A stretch of DNA of 64,000 nt from NCBI RefSeq assembly GCF_006345805.1, contig NC_043010.1, positions 32,984,001-33,048,000 on the forward strand, written 5' to 3'. Under the pieces are notes generated by a model. The model worked only from the letters and a program-made list of their open reading frames with translations. It searched no databases and was not told where the DNA came from. The position numbers and the translations under genes were made by a program. Shown here one piece after another: positions 27,813 through 40,792 of the stretch (position 1 is its first letter; each line of letters begins with the position of its first letter). The stretch comes from Octopus sinensis. Its lineage: Eukaryota.

Positions 27813-29611
27813 CACTGGCATAGCTAGGGTATGGCAGGAGTAACTTAATTTTGGCTAATTTTCAGTCCATGTACGCTGCGGCAAATTTTGTTGATGTCTC
27901 AAGAATATGGGCCAATGCATTGTTAGTCGCTTTGTAAAACACCTTTGCTATGTAAAGAGTTACCCTGGATCGACATCTTACCTTTCAGAATAAATTTATT
28001 TACCTCATGGCATCAGCCTTTCGTCAGAATCTGCTAAAGGGCATTCGCAAGGATAAGTATTATGGTCTCATTTTCGACGCAACCCCTGGTAGAGCACATT
28101 GTGAACAGATTTCGCAAGTATGTTGAAGTTGACTTCGAAAGAGCGCGTTCGGGTGAGAGAAACCTTCCACAGGTTCATTCAGGCCAGCGAAAAGGATGCA
28201 GAGAGTTTAGTTGATGTAATTTCGAAGCAGTTGGCCGATGACGAAATGGCATTGGAAGATTGTAGGTCCCAGTGCTATGATAATGCAGCTGTGATGGCTG
28301 GGCACAGAAGCGAGGTCCAGCAGAGAATCAACGAAAAGAACAAATTGGCCCTATCCGTAAATTGTGGCAACCATTCGTTAAACCTAGTCGGCCTACACGC
28401 AACTAAACACGAGTTGATGATGTTTGCATTTTTTGGCGCAATCAAACACTCTACGTATTCTTTTTTCGTTCGACACACCGCTGGGAAAAACTGAAGGCCA
28501 TAATGCCTGTGGTTCTTAAGTCGCAATCTGAAATGAGATGGAGTGCGCGGATGGATGCAGTTAAAAGAGTAAGAAACTACCTCGATGAAATTCCACAAGT
28601 TCTTCAAGACATCGTCGACAATGAAAACGAGGCAACCGAGACACGGAACGACGCTAACTTGCTGTTTAACCGTATACTTCGTCACGAATTATTTGCATTG
28701 CTTGGTTTCTGGAATAGCGTCCTCACATGGATCGATCGTGTTCAAAAGAGGCTTCAGGATCCGACAGTGAATTTCCATTATGCATCTCTCGACTTAAAAG
28801 GTCTCTGCGACTATTTTATCGCTTCCAGAGAAGTTTTAGTGGCTGATTCTCTCGAAGAAGGACTGAGCACTTGCAGAAAGTGGCAAAAGTCATGTCGAAG
28901 ATCTCAACGTGTCATTCACGATGTTTCCATCATCGATGAGCTGACAGCAAAAAATAACATGCGAAAAACAATGAATGAGGCCATCGACCGTCTTCATAAA
29001 GAAATGAACGCGAGGTATTCCCGGCTGCATGACCTTGACACCAAATTTGGCTTCCTTATCGATATCCTGTTTCTGCGTAATGGCAGTTTTGCGGATCCCT
29101 GGGCATGTTGCAACACCTTTGGAAACGTCTACAGCAACGATATCGATGCAACCGAACTTTTCGAAGAAATCCTTGATTGCAGAATGCTATTTGCAGGTCG
29201 CGAACACCTCCAAATATCAAATCCTGAGGAGCTTCTCCAATTTATCTTCCAATATGGAGATGAAAGTGTGTTCCCTAACCTTCGCGTAGCGATACAGATT
29301 CTGCTGACAGTAGCTGTTTCCATTGCTGGTTGGGAGAGATTCTCAGCAAGCTGAATCTGATCATGTCCTTCCTGCTAGCTGATATGACACAATGTGTATC
29401 ATTGACAACTTTGTATCGAAGAAAGATAGGTCACTCCTTTAAAATAGTCAATGTATACTTTCTGAATAAATAAATTTTATGAATATTTTCTGACTAAATA
29501 ACTGTTTCGGTCTCTCTTAAAAAGGGGTCTGATGGGTTAGGTTAGGAAATTGGGGAAGGGGCGCAAATTTTGGCTTTGCCCTGGGCGCCATTTATCCTAG
29601 CTACGCCACTG
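27813..29611 (+). mobile_element. hAT DNA transposon, internally deleted, both ends and TSD intact
   Basis: 16-bp TIRs cactggcatagctagg (27813-27828) and cctagctacgccactg (29596-29611); 8-bp TSD gttgtgag at 27805-27812 and 29612-29619. Transposase remnants YYGLIFDATP, CRSQCYDNAAVMAG, SEMRWSAR, FPNLRVAIQILLTVAVSIAGWER. Confidence 0.95.
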
Positions 29612-30390
29612 GTTGTGAGTCATTGTCACAAGTGGAAAAGTAAAGAATTCACTAATTTCAGCCACAGCAGAATGGCAGGTGGAAACAGCTAGGGTAAATG
29701 ATCAACGAAATTCATTTTCAGCAGGTAACATTTAAGAAGAAAAATGAGTGTCTACGAAAGTCAGATAACTAAAGATGAAATAATATAGCCAATGGGGGAA
29801 GCTGGGAGGTAAAATTTAAAGAAAGCTCAGTATATATAGCTTTTTTGTGTTATATAAAGCTTTTCAGATTGGCTTGGAAACATAAGTAGTCTGGATTCAC
29901 CTTCTCCATTCCCTAAACCTCTTAATTTATAATCGCATAATTAGCAATCTTCGTTGGTAAACTGTGAGTTGTAGAGTGACAGTCATCTTATTGAAACTTC
30001 AATCTAATTCTACGAGATGAAGTGTATAACATATGTCGACTAATAAACTTTGTTGATCAAGTATCATCCGCTTTATGTCACTCATACAAGCCATGTACAT
30101 GGTTACTACTTACTAACTTCTTGTACCAAGGCATTCAAGCCTTGAACACTCTACTTTATATTTCAAACACAATCTGTCTCATATTACAATGTCCAATGTG
30201 GCGTGTTTTTTAAGATAATAATGTTATTCCTGAAAGGAATTAGGTTGGTATTTCTAGTAGACCGGTTCGAGTTACTCCATTTATTATCTGAAGAATAACT
30301 GTAAAATCTACAATATACTCCCCACTCACTCTTCCTTATCACTTCCCACTCACCCTCTTCCTCCCCCGTTTCTCTCCACCTCTTCTCTCG

Positions 30391-30442
<52 letters not shown>

Positions 30443-31439
30443 CACACACACACACACACAGAGTTCCTCTACACTACTGTATAGAAACATCCGCTTACAA
30501 TCTGCCATCCACCATTAAACTTTCTTTATCACACAAAACAACCGCATTCACACAATCATTCAAACGCAATCATGCGTGCACAAAACGCTCTCCCCACATC
30601 CAAAGATAAACAAACTCATATTCCTCACACCCACACAAACAAACTGAAAGTCATACACATCAACACACTCACGCACATAAACATACACATGCACAGAGAT
30701 GCACACACACACATACATCCCCCAAAAACCCCACCTTTACACACATTCACACCTAGCCATTCACTCGCAGACTCAAACATAAATAAACTAGCATTCAATT
30801 GTACCCGTACCCACATATTTCTGTACCCATACATACGCACATACGCGCGGCACACACACACATGCGCACGCATACACACACATGTGCACACACACACACA
30901 CACATGATCACAGACACACACATAATGTCACCTACCTGTACGCTCACATTCACACACCCATATATATATATATATATATATTTGTGTATGTGTGTGTGTG
31001 TGTGTGTGTGGTGTGTTAACACCACCACACCCACAATAAAACTTAATTGCATCACACACATATAGATACACATCTACACACATCCACGCATATACACATA
31101 CAGACAAGCACATTAACACACGCACACAGACACATGCACACACACACACACGAACATACAGTCGACTAATCTCTGAACAACATTGTCTTCTCCTCACTGC
31201 GCCACTTCCACCACCCACTAGCAGCTGTTCAGTGAGAAATTATTTCCAGTAATTCGGTTGGCACAGCAGGTAATAAACCACGACAACTGATTCATTTGTA
31301 GGTGGCCCTATTTGTTAGCTCATTAGTAAACATCCTGCTGTTCAGATCATGCGGAGTCCTGAAAATGATCATCTTTCAGTGTAAAGGTAGTTTACAAAGT
31401 GATATCGATGACAATAATAAACATAACAATTGTTTATAA

Positions 31440-31630
31440 TTTAAGTACAAGGAGAGGAAAATTTGTAGATTACATCGAACCCTAATACTTGATTGGTACT
31501 CTGTTTTATCAACCCGGAGAGAGGAAAGGCCAAGTTAACCTCGAAGGGATTGGGAACCAGAATGATAAGTGCTGGTTACATCGTGCGTCATTTTCCGTCG
31601 TTCTTAACGATTCTGCCAATTCGCTAACCT
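31440..31630 (-). mobile_element. tRNA-derived SINE family A, decayed
   Basis: Diverged reverse complement of core and head (ttaacgattctgccaattcgc). Confidence 0.55.
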
Positions 31631-31721
31631 TAAACGTCTGGTCACATTAATAAATTAACAAAGACTGATACAATAGCAGTTTGAAACTCCAGAAAATTCA
31701 GAGAAGTTTCAATCAATCAAT

Positions 31722-31771
<50 letters not shown>

Positions 31772-31934
31772 TTTTGCTTAGTCCGCTATAATGTTTCATT
31801 AGACGTGGTTACGGTACAAGTCATAGTTCACCTGAAACAGCTGTCAAGATAAGACTATTACACTATTCCTTTTGTTTATTTGTATTCCATGTAAATATAC
31901 TCAAGCCTACTCACATTTACCTGCCTTTTTAGTT

Positions 31935-33020
31935 CTATAGGGGGAGAATTCACACAAAAAGTAAAAGACGAAGACAGGTGGTGTAGACAACAAACAGATG
32001 TATTAGCTTAACGCTGAGGAAGTGAAAAAGTCTTTAACGTTTCGAGCCTACGCTCTCCCACAGAAAGAACACAGAAATAAACAGGGAGAGAAAATAAAAG
32101 AATGTGTGGTGGCTAGCGATCTATCATGGCGAATGCCGGACAGAGGGGTCACACAGGAGATCTAGGAAGAAGGGGAGGTAATAAAGTAGTGGTGATCCCA
32201 AAACGAAGGTGCGCTTGCGTGTGTATAAGAGAGCATGTATGTGCGTGTGGCAGAGGGGTGGTGAACTTGACATGTGCGTGTATGCATGTATAGGCGTCTG
32301 GATGATGGTGTGGGTGCTGAGAAGTGGTCAGTGCTAGTGTGTGCATGGTGGTGTGATGTGATGTGGTGTTGTGTGGTATAGTGGTGTGGTAGTGTTGGGA
32401 TATGGGTGAGGCGAGAGTGGGGAAAGCAAGGGTGGGCTGTGTGTTAGGCTGAGGATGGGGGTAGAGGTGGGTGTAAGGGATGGGGGCGGAATGGGATGGA
32501 TAGGGAAGGTGGGATCCTAGGGTTGAAGGAGGGGAGGTGGATCTCCCTGTCACGGAGGAAACCCACCCTTCTTCAATAAGAAAGAAAAAAGGAGGAGAAA
32601 AAAGGAAAACGGGACATTACCGGCAGTCGGTAACACAATACCGGCAAGACCCGGAACTTCGTCGGTGGGAATTGTGCCACCGACGGGTGAAGAGCCATCG
32701 TCGGTGGAAATTGTGCCACCGAAGTATTAAAGGAGAAGTATTACTTGTCTTCTTCTACAGGGGCGGGGAGGTGGAGAAGGTGGTAGAGAAGCACCAAGAG
32801 GGAGTAGTTCTGACTTGCACACGATATCCGCAGATAGCTGTGGAGGTCAAAAAGGTGCCCATAGTGCAAAGGCTGAAGGAACTCAGAGAGGGGTATCGCT
32901 TATGGCCGGATGGCACCGGCATGACACATGTTTTATGCTTGAGTGAGGCGTGGGAAATTGCGGGGTACGGAGTCAGAAGCGATACTGAATTTGAAGAAGA
33001 TGTTGAAGAGGACTACGGGT
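31935..33020 (-). mobile_element. Penelope-like 3' remnant ending in a hammerhead-bearing pseudo-LTR
   Basis: Decayed coding (RNFPRL.., REIHL, LQP), a pyrimidine-rich UTR, then the terminal unit shared with 39004-39110, 40120-40290 and 52520-52645. Confidence 0.55.
32032..32067 (-). ncRNA. Hammerhead motif, GAGC-GTAG-GCTC family, degenerate core
   Basis: CTTT CTGTGGG A GAGC GTAG GCTC GAAAC GTT AAAG. Confidence 0.5.
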
Positions 33021-33235
33021 AAGAGGTAGGAAAGCCTCGTCATTGTAAAATGATAAGAGGTTTAAAACCTCATTCTGTTTATTTTAAAAAGAACATTGTT
33101 TTCGGGAAGACAGGTGGTCGGCGGACGCCGTTCGTTTCCCTCATTTATATTTTTATCTTCATTTCATCCCATTAATGTAAATGTCCAGCCCGCAGTTATT
33201 CTATGTCATGCCCATGTGGCAAATTGTATGAAATA

Positions 33236-33385
33236 AAGTAGCTTGCTTACCAACTACATGGTTCCGGGTTCAGTTCCACTGCGTGGCACCTTGGGCACGT
33301 GTCTTCAACTATAGCCTCAGCCCGATAAAAGCCTTGTGAGTGGATGGACTTGGTAGACGGAAACTGAAAGAAGCCCGTCATATAT
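33236..33385 (+). mobile_element. SINE family B, 5' half
   Basis: gcttgcttaccaactacatggttccgggttcagttcc..ggtagacggaaactgaaagaagcccgtc. Confidence 0.85.
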
Positions 33386-33574
33386 ATATATGTGTGTGTG
33401 TGTGTGGTGTGTGTGTGTGTGTGAAGAAACTGCACCGTTATAACAGTAGGGTTGCAATTGCAACAGTTACTAATCGACGCAGTAGAAACACGTGTAGGTC
33501 TATTTGAAGCTGTATATATGTGTGCGTGTATGTATATATATATGTGCGTGTGTGTGTCTGTGTGTGTGTGTGTA

Positions 33575-33860
33575 TCATCATCATCATCATCATCATTGTT
33601 CGACCGTGGTCGAGACAATGGAATTTACCATGCTACGCCAGACTTCACGGTCCATCATAGCATTACGGAGGTCCTGTTGCTGGATGCCTGTATCCCTGAA
33701 GATTACATCAGGGTAGGAGAGTGTGCGCCCTCTGGTATTGCAAGTAGATGGCTTCCAGAGGAGAAGAGTAGAAATTGCCTCGTTTTCAGCTCTACAACAA
33801 TGTCCAGCAAACTGGACTCTCCTACCTTTCACAAGAGATGACACAGGTGGTAGTTTCCCA
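33575..33860 (-). mobile_element. RTE-clade LINE 3' end
   Basis: [54 protein letters not shown] followed by a (TGA)n tail. Confidence 0.85.
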
Positions 33861-33888
33861 TATATTTGCATTTGTATATATATGTGTG

Positions 33889-33924
<36 letters not shown>

Positions 33925-34784
33925 TGTATGTATGTATGTATGTATGTATGTGTGCATATAATAAAATTGCCAACTAAATGTGGCGGTCCCATAGAGGACG
34001 ATGCTACTGTTGTTTCTAGCTCCGGCTGGCTAACGACACACTCTCTGTGTCCGATTAGTATTTGCGAGGAGATATGTGTATGCATATTTATATACGTCAC
34101 CATGTGTACGTGCCTGTGTGTAACGTATGTGTGTATGTGTCTGTGTTTATGTGCGTGCGTCGATGTGTGTGCGTGTCCGTGTACCGTTATGTGTGGGTGG
34201 GGTATGCGTGCGTGTTTGTGTGAGAGTACTACATAACTGTCTTTAGACGTTTTAAACGCGTTTTACAATTACAGAACATTGCATACATATTTTTTTTATT
34301 TCTCGCTAAGTTTAACTGGAGGTATGAAGCATCTCTTATATCCATTAACTGTTAAGTTCTCACCAATATTATATAACAATGTATTAGTGATACCGAACAT
34401 TATGTCGATGAACATTTAACTTCCTGTAACACCACTTCTTCATAAGAAGGCAACATCACAGTAACAGAACATCCGTAGTTCTTATCGCGGTGCCATCACA
34501 ATTACGTTCAAGTTAATAATTGTTCACTGGTCGCGCATTTAATTAATCTTATCGTAAGGAGTTCAGCTGTTTTCTGCGAAATATGTGAGCAGATGTGTGT
34601 GTGTGTGTATGTTGTATGTATATATATGTATGTATGCATGTAGTATGTATGTATGTATGTATGTATGTATGTATGTATGTATGTATGTATGTATGTATGT
34701 ATGCATGTATGTATGTATGCATGTTTGTGTATACACACACACACACACCACACACCACAAACACACAAACACACATACATATAC

Positions 34785-34836
<52 letters not shown>

Positions 34837-34857
34837 GGATGGATGGATGGATGGATG

Positions 34858-34948
<91 letters not shown>

Positions 34949-34970
34949 GGATGGATGGATGGATGGATGG

Positions 34971-35089
34971 ATGGAATTTACCATGCTACGCCAGACTTCA
35001 CGGGTCCATCATAGCATTACGGAGGTCCTGTTGCTGGATGCCTGTATCCCTGAAGATTACATCAGGGTAGGAGAGTGTGCGCCCTCTGG
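34971..35089 (-). repeat. Near-identical copy of RTE segment 33618-33735 embedded in (ATGG)n
   Basis: Differs by one inserted G; both ends merge into GATG repeats. Confidence 0.9.
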
Positions 35090-35174
35090 ATGGATGGGTG
35101 GATGGATGGATGGAGGATGGATGGATGGATGGATGGATAGATAGATAGATAGATGGATAGATAGATAGATGGAC

Positions 35175-35271
<97 letters not shown>

Positions 35272-35540
35272 CACACACACGCGCGCATGTACATACATGT
35301 ATGTATGTATGTAAGCTATACTTGTGAAAAATGTCTGTGTATGTGTGTATGCATGTTCTTGAAGGCGGTGGAGAAAGAAATAGCAAAGGTGATGTGAATG
35401 ATACTTTCAACAGAGGGAAACAGGAAAACGCACACAGAGATGCCGAGATACAGAAGCACACAGACACGCACACGCACACTCACGCGTGCGCACATGCATA
35501 CATACATACATACATACATACATACATACATACACACAGA

Positions 35541-35586
<46 letters not shown>

Positions 35587-35739
35587 CACACACAAGGCAT
35601 ATACACGCATATGCAAATACAAATACACTCAAAAAGAGATTTTAAAAAAGCAGGATTAGAGCTGAGGGAGAGATGCGTGTATGTACACACACATACATAT
35701 CTGTGTGTGTGTGTGTGATTTTGTGGGGGTAATAAAAAG

Positions 35740-36165
35740 GGTAGGGGCAATGATATTTTGAACACACACAAATACATACATACATATATACATGCATACA
35801 TGCATACATACATATATACGTACGTACATACATACATACATACATACATACAAACATACATACATACATACATGCATACATGCATACATACATACATACA
35901 TACATACATACATACATACATACATACGTACGTACGTACGCACATACATACATACATACATACATACATGCATGCATACATACATACATACATACATACA
36001 TACATACATACATACATACATACATACATACATACATACATGCATGCATGCATGCATGCATGCATACATACATACATACATACATACATACATACATACA
36101 TACATACATACATACATACATACATACATACATACATACATACATACATACATACATACACACGT
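35740..36165. repeat. (ACAT)n microsatellite array
   Basis: Direct reading. Confidence 0.95.
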
Positions 36166-36519
36166 GCAAACATGCAAAGAGAGATAAGGAGTAGAGAGAG
36201 CCTGAAAGATAGAGTGGGAATCGATAAGATTTTAAGAGAATTTTATACAATACAGAGTCAAAAACTTTGTCTACGAATGAGCGATGTGCGAAACGTTGAA
36301 TTTCAGTGGCGAACAGAGACGACCCGCAAACAGAAAACAGGTAAACTGCCGAGATAATGAGAGCCTCTACTTGGTCGCTCCCTTACCAGAAATAGCAACC
36401 AAATATTTCTCAAATGAAAACTTCGTCACCTTTAAAAAGCCAAAAGAACGACATATCGGAAAATGTTATTCCAGATGAGTAAAACTTGATGCTTACAGTT
36501 GAAATACCATTGATCGGTA

Positions 36520-36798
36520 TAATAATAGTTGTTGACTACTATTGTTGTATCAAGAAGGAAGACAACTCTGTTCATGTTTCTACCTTATTATGATTTCATC
36601 AATAAACCAATAGATCGGTGTTCAGTTTATGTTAACACATTTAATAGAAAGAATAATAAAAATTTAACTGGAAATGATAATCATAATCATCATTATGGAA
36701 AAAAAATAATAGTTGTTGACTACTGTTGTTGAATCAAGAAGGAAGACAACTCTGAACATGTTTCTACCTTATTCTGATTTCATCAATAAAGCAATAGA
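36520..36798 (+). repeat. ~95-bp direct repeat pair
   Basis: aataatagttgttgactact..ttcatcaataaa.caatagat at ~36520-36615 and ~36706-36798. Confidence 0.85.
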
Positions 36799-37269
36799 TA
36801 CCACTGTATTTGCCGAAGTAATAACAACTGGTTCACTAAGTTAATGGATAATAAAGAACCAGGGTATGTTTAGGAAAATATTGATGTTAAGAGAATAATT
36901 TACTGTTAAACACCATTGCATGAAAAGCAATATTTTAGTTAACGTTAATATGATTAATAGTGCAAAGAGAAAGGAAAAAATGAAGCTAAAAGTACATTTT
37001 GTGATAAGAAAAAGTGATAATATTATCACTTGGCTTACCCGGGGGTAAATAACAACAGACGGACTTACTTCCGAAAGATATAGCTTGGCAGATAGACAGT
37101 TGGAAAAACTGGTAAGGACTGGTGTTAGACAGAGAGAAAAACTAAGGTGGAAAGGGAGAGAGAGCGGTAAAGAGAGAGAGAGAGGCTTCTGGTAAAGAGG
37201 GGGGAAACTAGAGAAAGTATGAAAGTATGGATGGAGATGGATGAATGGATGGATGGATGGATGGAAATA

Positions 37270-37570
37270 AAATTGGCACTCCGTCGGTTGCGACGACGAG
37301 GTTTCAGTTGAGCCTGCTCGTGAAATTCATGTTCAAGTGGTTGAGTACTCCACATACACGCGTGCCCTTAACGTGGTTCTCATGGAGATTCAGCGTCACA
37401 CAGAATGTGACAAGGCTGGCCTTTGAAATACAGATACAACACATTATTGCCAGCTGAGTAGACTGGAGCAACGTGAAATAAAGTGTCTTGCTCAAGGACA
37501 ACGCACCGCTGGAAATCGAACGCACGACCTTACAATCGTGAGCCGAATACCTTAACCACTTGGTCACACA
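37270..37570 (-). mobile_element. tRNA-derived CORE-like SINE
   Basis: Minus strand has the tRNA-like head gtgaccaagtggttaaggtattcggc..cgttcgatttcc, the CORE-like ccttgagcaagacacttt, and a distinct tail ending ccgacggagtgcc. Confidence 0.65.
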
Positions 37571-38071
37571 CCTTTATTTGTGTATATATATTATATATGC
37601 ATACATACCCAGTAAAAATCCTCTATGCATGCATGTATATATCAGATTGCTTGAGACCACTGCTGATAACATGTAAGTCTGTAATCCTATTGCATGGTCT
37701 GGACATTGTTGCATAAACTGGTAACCCTGAAATGCTTGTTTGGTGAGCAGGGGAATTTAGGAACCCTGCAGGATGAAAAACAAACCTGTCAAAGAATGGA
37801 TGAACTCCAGGAAGTCAATGACCATCCAGTAATGTGTATCTATGCTCACTGTGTGGGTGACTCGTGACATGCTTTCATTTATTCAAATGAAACATGGAAG
37901 AAGTAAGTAAATTTCATCTCCGTGGATTCGAGGTTGGTGGCCGCAGGTTAATGGTGCATGTGGTTATATACTGTCATGCTGGGATAGAAGCTATGATGGA
38001 GGGCAAAGATCTAGTACAAAGTTTTATGATCTGAACACACCACATTAGATGGTAATGAGAGGTCTGGAGAA

Positions 38072-38270
38072 GGCGGTGAGCTGGCGAAATGCTTAGCGGC
38101 ACTTCCTCTGTCATTACGCTTTCAAATACCGCCGAGGTCGACTTCGTCTTTCATCCTTTCGGGGTCGTTAAAATAAGTATCAGTTGAGAATTAAGGTCGA
38201 TTTAATCGACTAGCCCCCACCCCAAACTGGCTGGCCTAGTACCAAAATTTGAAATCAATCTCTTTAACTA
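38072..38270 (+). mobile_element. SINE family A, decayed
   Basis: ggcggtgagctggcgaaatgcttagc..ccgccgaggtcgacttcgtctttcatcctttcggggtcg. Confidence 0.75.
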
Positions 38271-38759
38271 TTTTAGTAGTCACTTATATTCGTATAAAAG
38301 TTCAGTTGTCTAGATTATCTTGCCATAGGGCATACTGTATAAGAAGGAAAGAGTGAGTGTGCGCAACTCTTTCTCACTTTAAAATACACTTTCATTACTT
38401 TAGCATCTATGTCTAGCGGGGCACAAATTTTACAGACCCCAACTGAAAGGTCAAATAGTTTTGTTGTGGAGGCTGGGATATTTCTGTATGTCTGCAACAA
38501 TGAAATAGCGCCACGTCCGTAGTTTCAGGCGCGTAGGTGTAACACGTGCAGGTACACCGGCGTCTTTCTGACCCCACCACCACATGACTGTGTTCCTTGT
38601 TGAAGTGCTGCGCAGTCAGTCGAAGTTTTCACTGATTATTGATATTTGAAACTTCTTGGAACCACAAACAGCAACCTTCCATTACAACAGTTGAAATAAC
38701 AATGTTGAGGTAGCTTCAAGCACACGGAAGGTCATCTACACAAATTTATTCAGAGATAT

Positions 38760-38794
<35 letters not shown>

Positions 38795-38903
38795 ACACAC
38801 ACACACATACGCACACACACACACACACATGTATATCGTAATATGTAGATACAATCGTATATGTTACCGTCTTTATTTCTTTGTTTTGCCAGAGGCAGCT
38901 ATG

Positions 38904-39003
38904 NNNNNNNNNNNNNNNNNNNNNNNNNNNNNNNNNNNNNNNNNNNNNNNNNNNNNNNNNNNNNNNNNNNNNNNNNNNNNNNNNNNNNNNNNNNNNNNNN
39001 NNN
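38904..39003. other. Assembly gap (100 N)
   Basis: Run of N. Confidence 0.99.
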
Positions 39004-39045
39004 AACAAGTGTATTAGTTTTGACGTTCGGGAAAGTGAGAAAAGT

Positions 39046-39081
39046 ATTTTACGTTTCGAGCCTACGCTCTTCAATAGAAAG
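39046..39081 (-). ncRNA. Hammerhead motif, GAGC-GTAG-GCTC family, degenerate core
   Basis: CTTT CTATTGA A GAGC GTAG GCTC GAAAC GTA AAAT, in a pLTR-like unit next to the gap. Confidence 0.5.
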
Positions 39082-39865
39082 GAATAAGAGAAAATATACT
39101 GGGAGAGAATGAAAAAATTTGTAGATTTCAACTGTCCAACATGGCAAATAATTGGGAAAAAAGAGGTTGAAAGAAAGAATGATAATAATAAAAAAGAGCT
39201 TGAATGAATTGGAGATAAGGAAGAATGAGTGGGAGATAGTGCTTCTGATCCAAGAGAAAGTGTGCGTTTGTGAGTGTGTATGTGAGAATCGCTAGAAATG
39301 AGAGCCAAAATTTAACTCGAATAGCCACACAAAAGCACTAACCTCATGAAATATTCGGGACTACGAGCAGCAAGTTATAACATCTTTCCTTGGCGAGATC
39401 GCACTCGCAGAATGAGGTAGTTTGATAAAACGCTAATGCGTAATTTCGAAATTTGATCAACAGAATTTAGTTTCTCATCAGATTTTTCTACAATTACTTC
39501 GAGTTAAGAAATAGCCTGCCTCCCATTCGTTCGTGACAAAAACCTTTGAAAAGCGAGCGCTAAAATCGAAAACTGTTAAAGTGTATAGTAACATACTATA
39601 AGTTATTATAATAATATACTATGATAATATATTAAGATATATTAAATACATAATATAGGTGGCTATAGCGATTAAAACCAAACAGGTAAAATTAATAAAT
39701 GAGGATGCAAAATAGCACCTACTATTGCCAGAAATGAGAGCTTAAATTTAAATATATGTATAGATTTACATATTAGTGTATATTATACACAGGCACACAC
39801 ACACACGCACGTACACCCTCACATACACACATGTATGTATGTATGTATGTATGTATGTATGTGTT

Positions 39866-39997
39866 TGTGTCTAAAGGTTAAAGACCCCTTCGGCCACGTA
39901 TAACTATGGAATTACACCTAGAAAAGCTACCACCGCTTTCCACTTATATATTGTTCCTTGAAGGGTCTTTCTAGGTGCAACCCCATGATCATTAATG
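39866..39997. mobile_element. Short palindromic MITE-like repeat
   Basis: ccttcggccacgtataactatggaattacacctagaaa is an imperfect inverted match to tttctaggtgcaaccccatgatcattaatgatcgaagg. Confidence 0.5.
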
Positions 39998-40067
39998 ATC
40001 GAAGGAGGAGAGAATTATTTTATATATATATATATATATATATCTATATATATATATTATATATATA

Positions 40068-40101
<34 letters not shown>

Positions 40102-40119
40102 CTATATATATTATATATA

Positions 40120-40290
40120 TAATGATAGATCAGTAGCCACTACACACATTTTTTTCTCACCTTGTTTCTTTCTGTGTTCCTTTCTGTGGAAGAGCGTAGG
40201 CTAGAAACGTTAAGACTTTTTCAATTCCCAGCGTTACACGAATACATCTGTTTGTTTTCTACACCACCTGTCTTCGTCTTTTGTTTTTTT
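40120..40290 (+). mobile_element. Solo pseudo-LTR-like unit with hammerhead motif at 40180-40214
   Basis: CTTT CTGTGGA A GAGC GTAG GCTA GAAAC GTT AAG followed by the shared tail atacatctgtttg..cctgtcttcgtcttt..gtgaatctccc. Confidence 0.65.
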
Positions 40291-40464
40291 TTTCGTGAAT
40301 CTCCCTATATACATATATATATATATATATTATATAATATATATATATTATATAATATATCTATATATAATTATCAACAATTGAGGGTAAATTATTAAAT
40401 TAATCAATTTCCAAGTGTTCAGTATGTAAAAGGACCATTTAAGGCGGAATTCAAAATATTACAT

Positions 40465-40714
40465 TATATAATTAGGGCTTAGTAAAATAAATTACTTTGC
40501 CACATACTGAACTTAGTAGAAATAGCAGCCAAAAAAAATTTCTTAGATTTCTACTACTTAAAGAAAAAACATTATATGAGAGAAAACATTATCTGAGAGA
40601 AATTTTCTTTAAGTAGTAGAAATGCTAAGATAAAATTATTTTTTTGGCTGCTATTTCTACTAAGTATCAGTATGTGGCAAAGTAAGTTATTTTACTATAA
40701 GCCCTTAATTATAT
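40465..40714. repeat. Imperfect palindrome, ~105-bp arms
   Basis: 40465-40568 vs 40602-40714 with several substitutions; each arm carries TAGAAATAGCAGCCAAA. Confidence 0.85.
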
Positions 40715-40737
40715 ATAATATATATATAATATATAAT

Positions 40738-40790
<53 letters not shown>

Positions 40791-40792
<2 letters not shown>

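Noticed and set aside
32537-33022. 161-aa plus-strand ORF
   Set aside because: Appears to be the antisense frame of a decayed retroelement with an internal 36-bp duplication; no recognisable protein.
39445-39490. CTGATGA GAAA..TTTC GAAAT hammerhead-like motif on the minus strand
   Set aside because: Core and stem II are present but stems I and III do not pair convincingly; at best a decayed copy.
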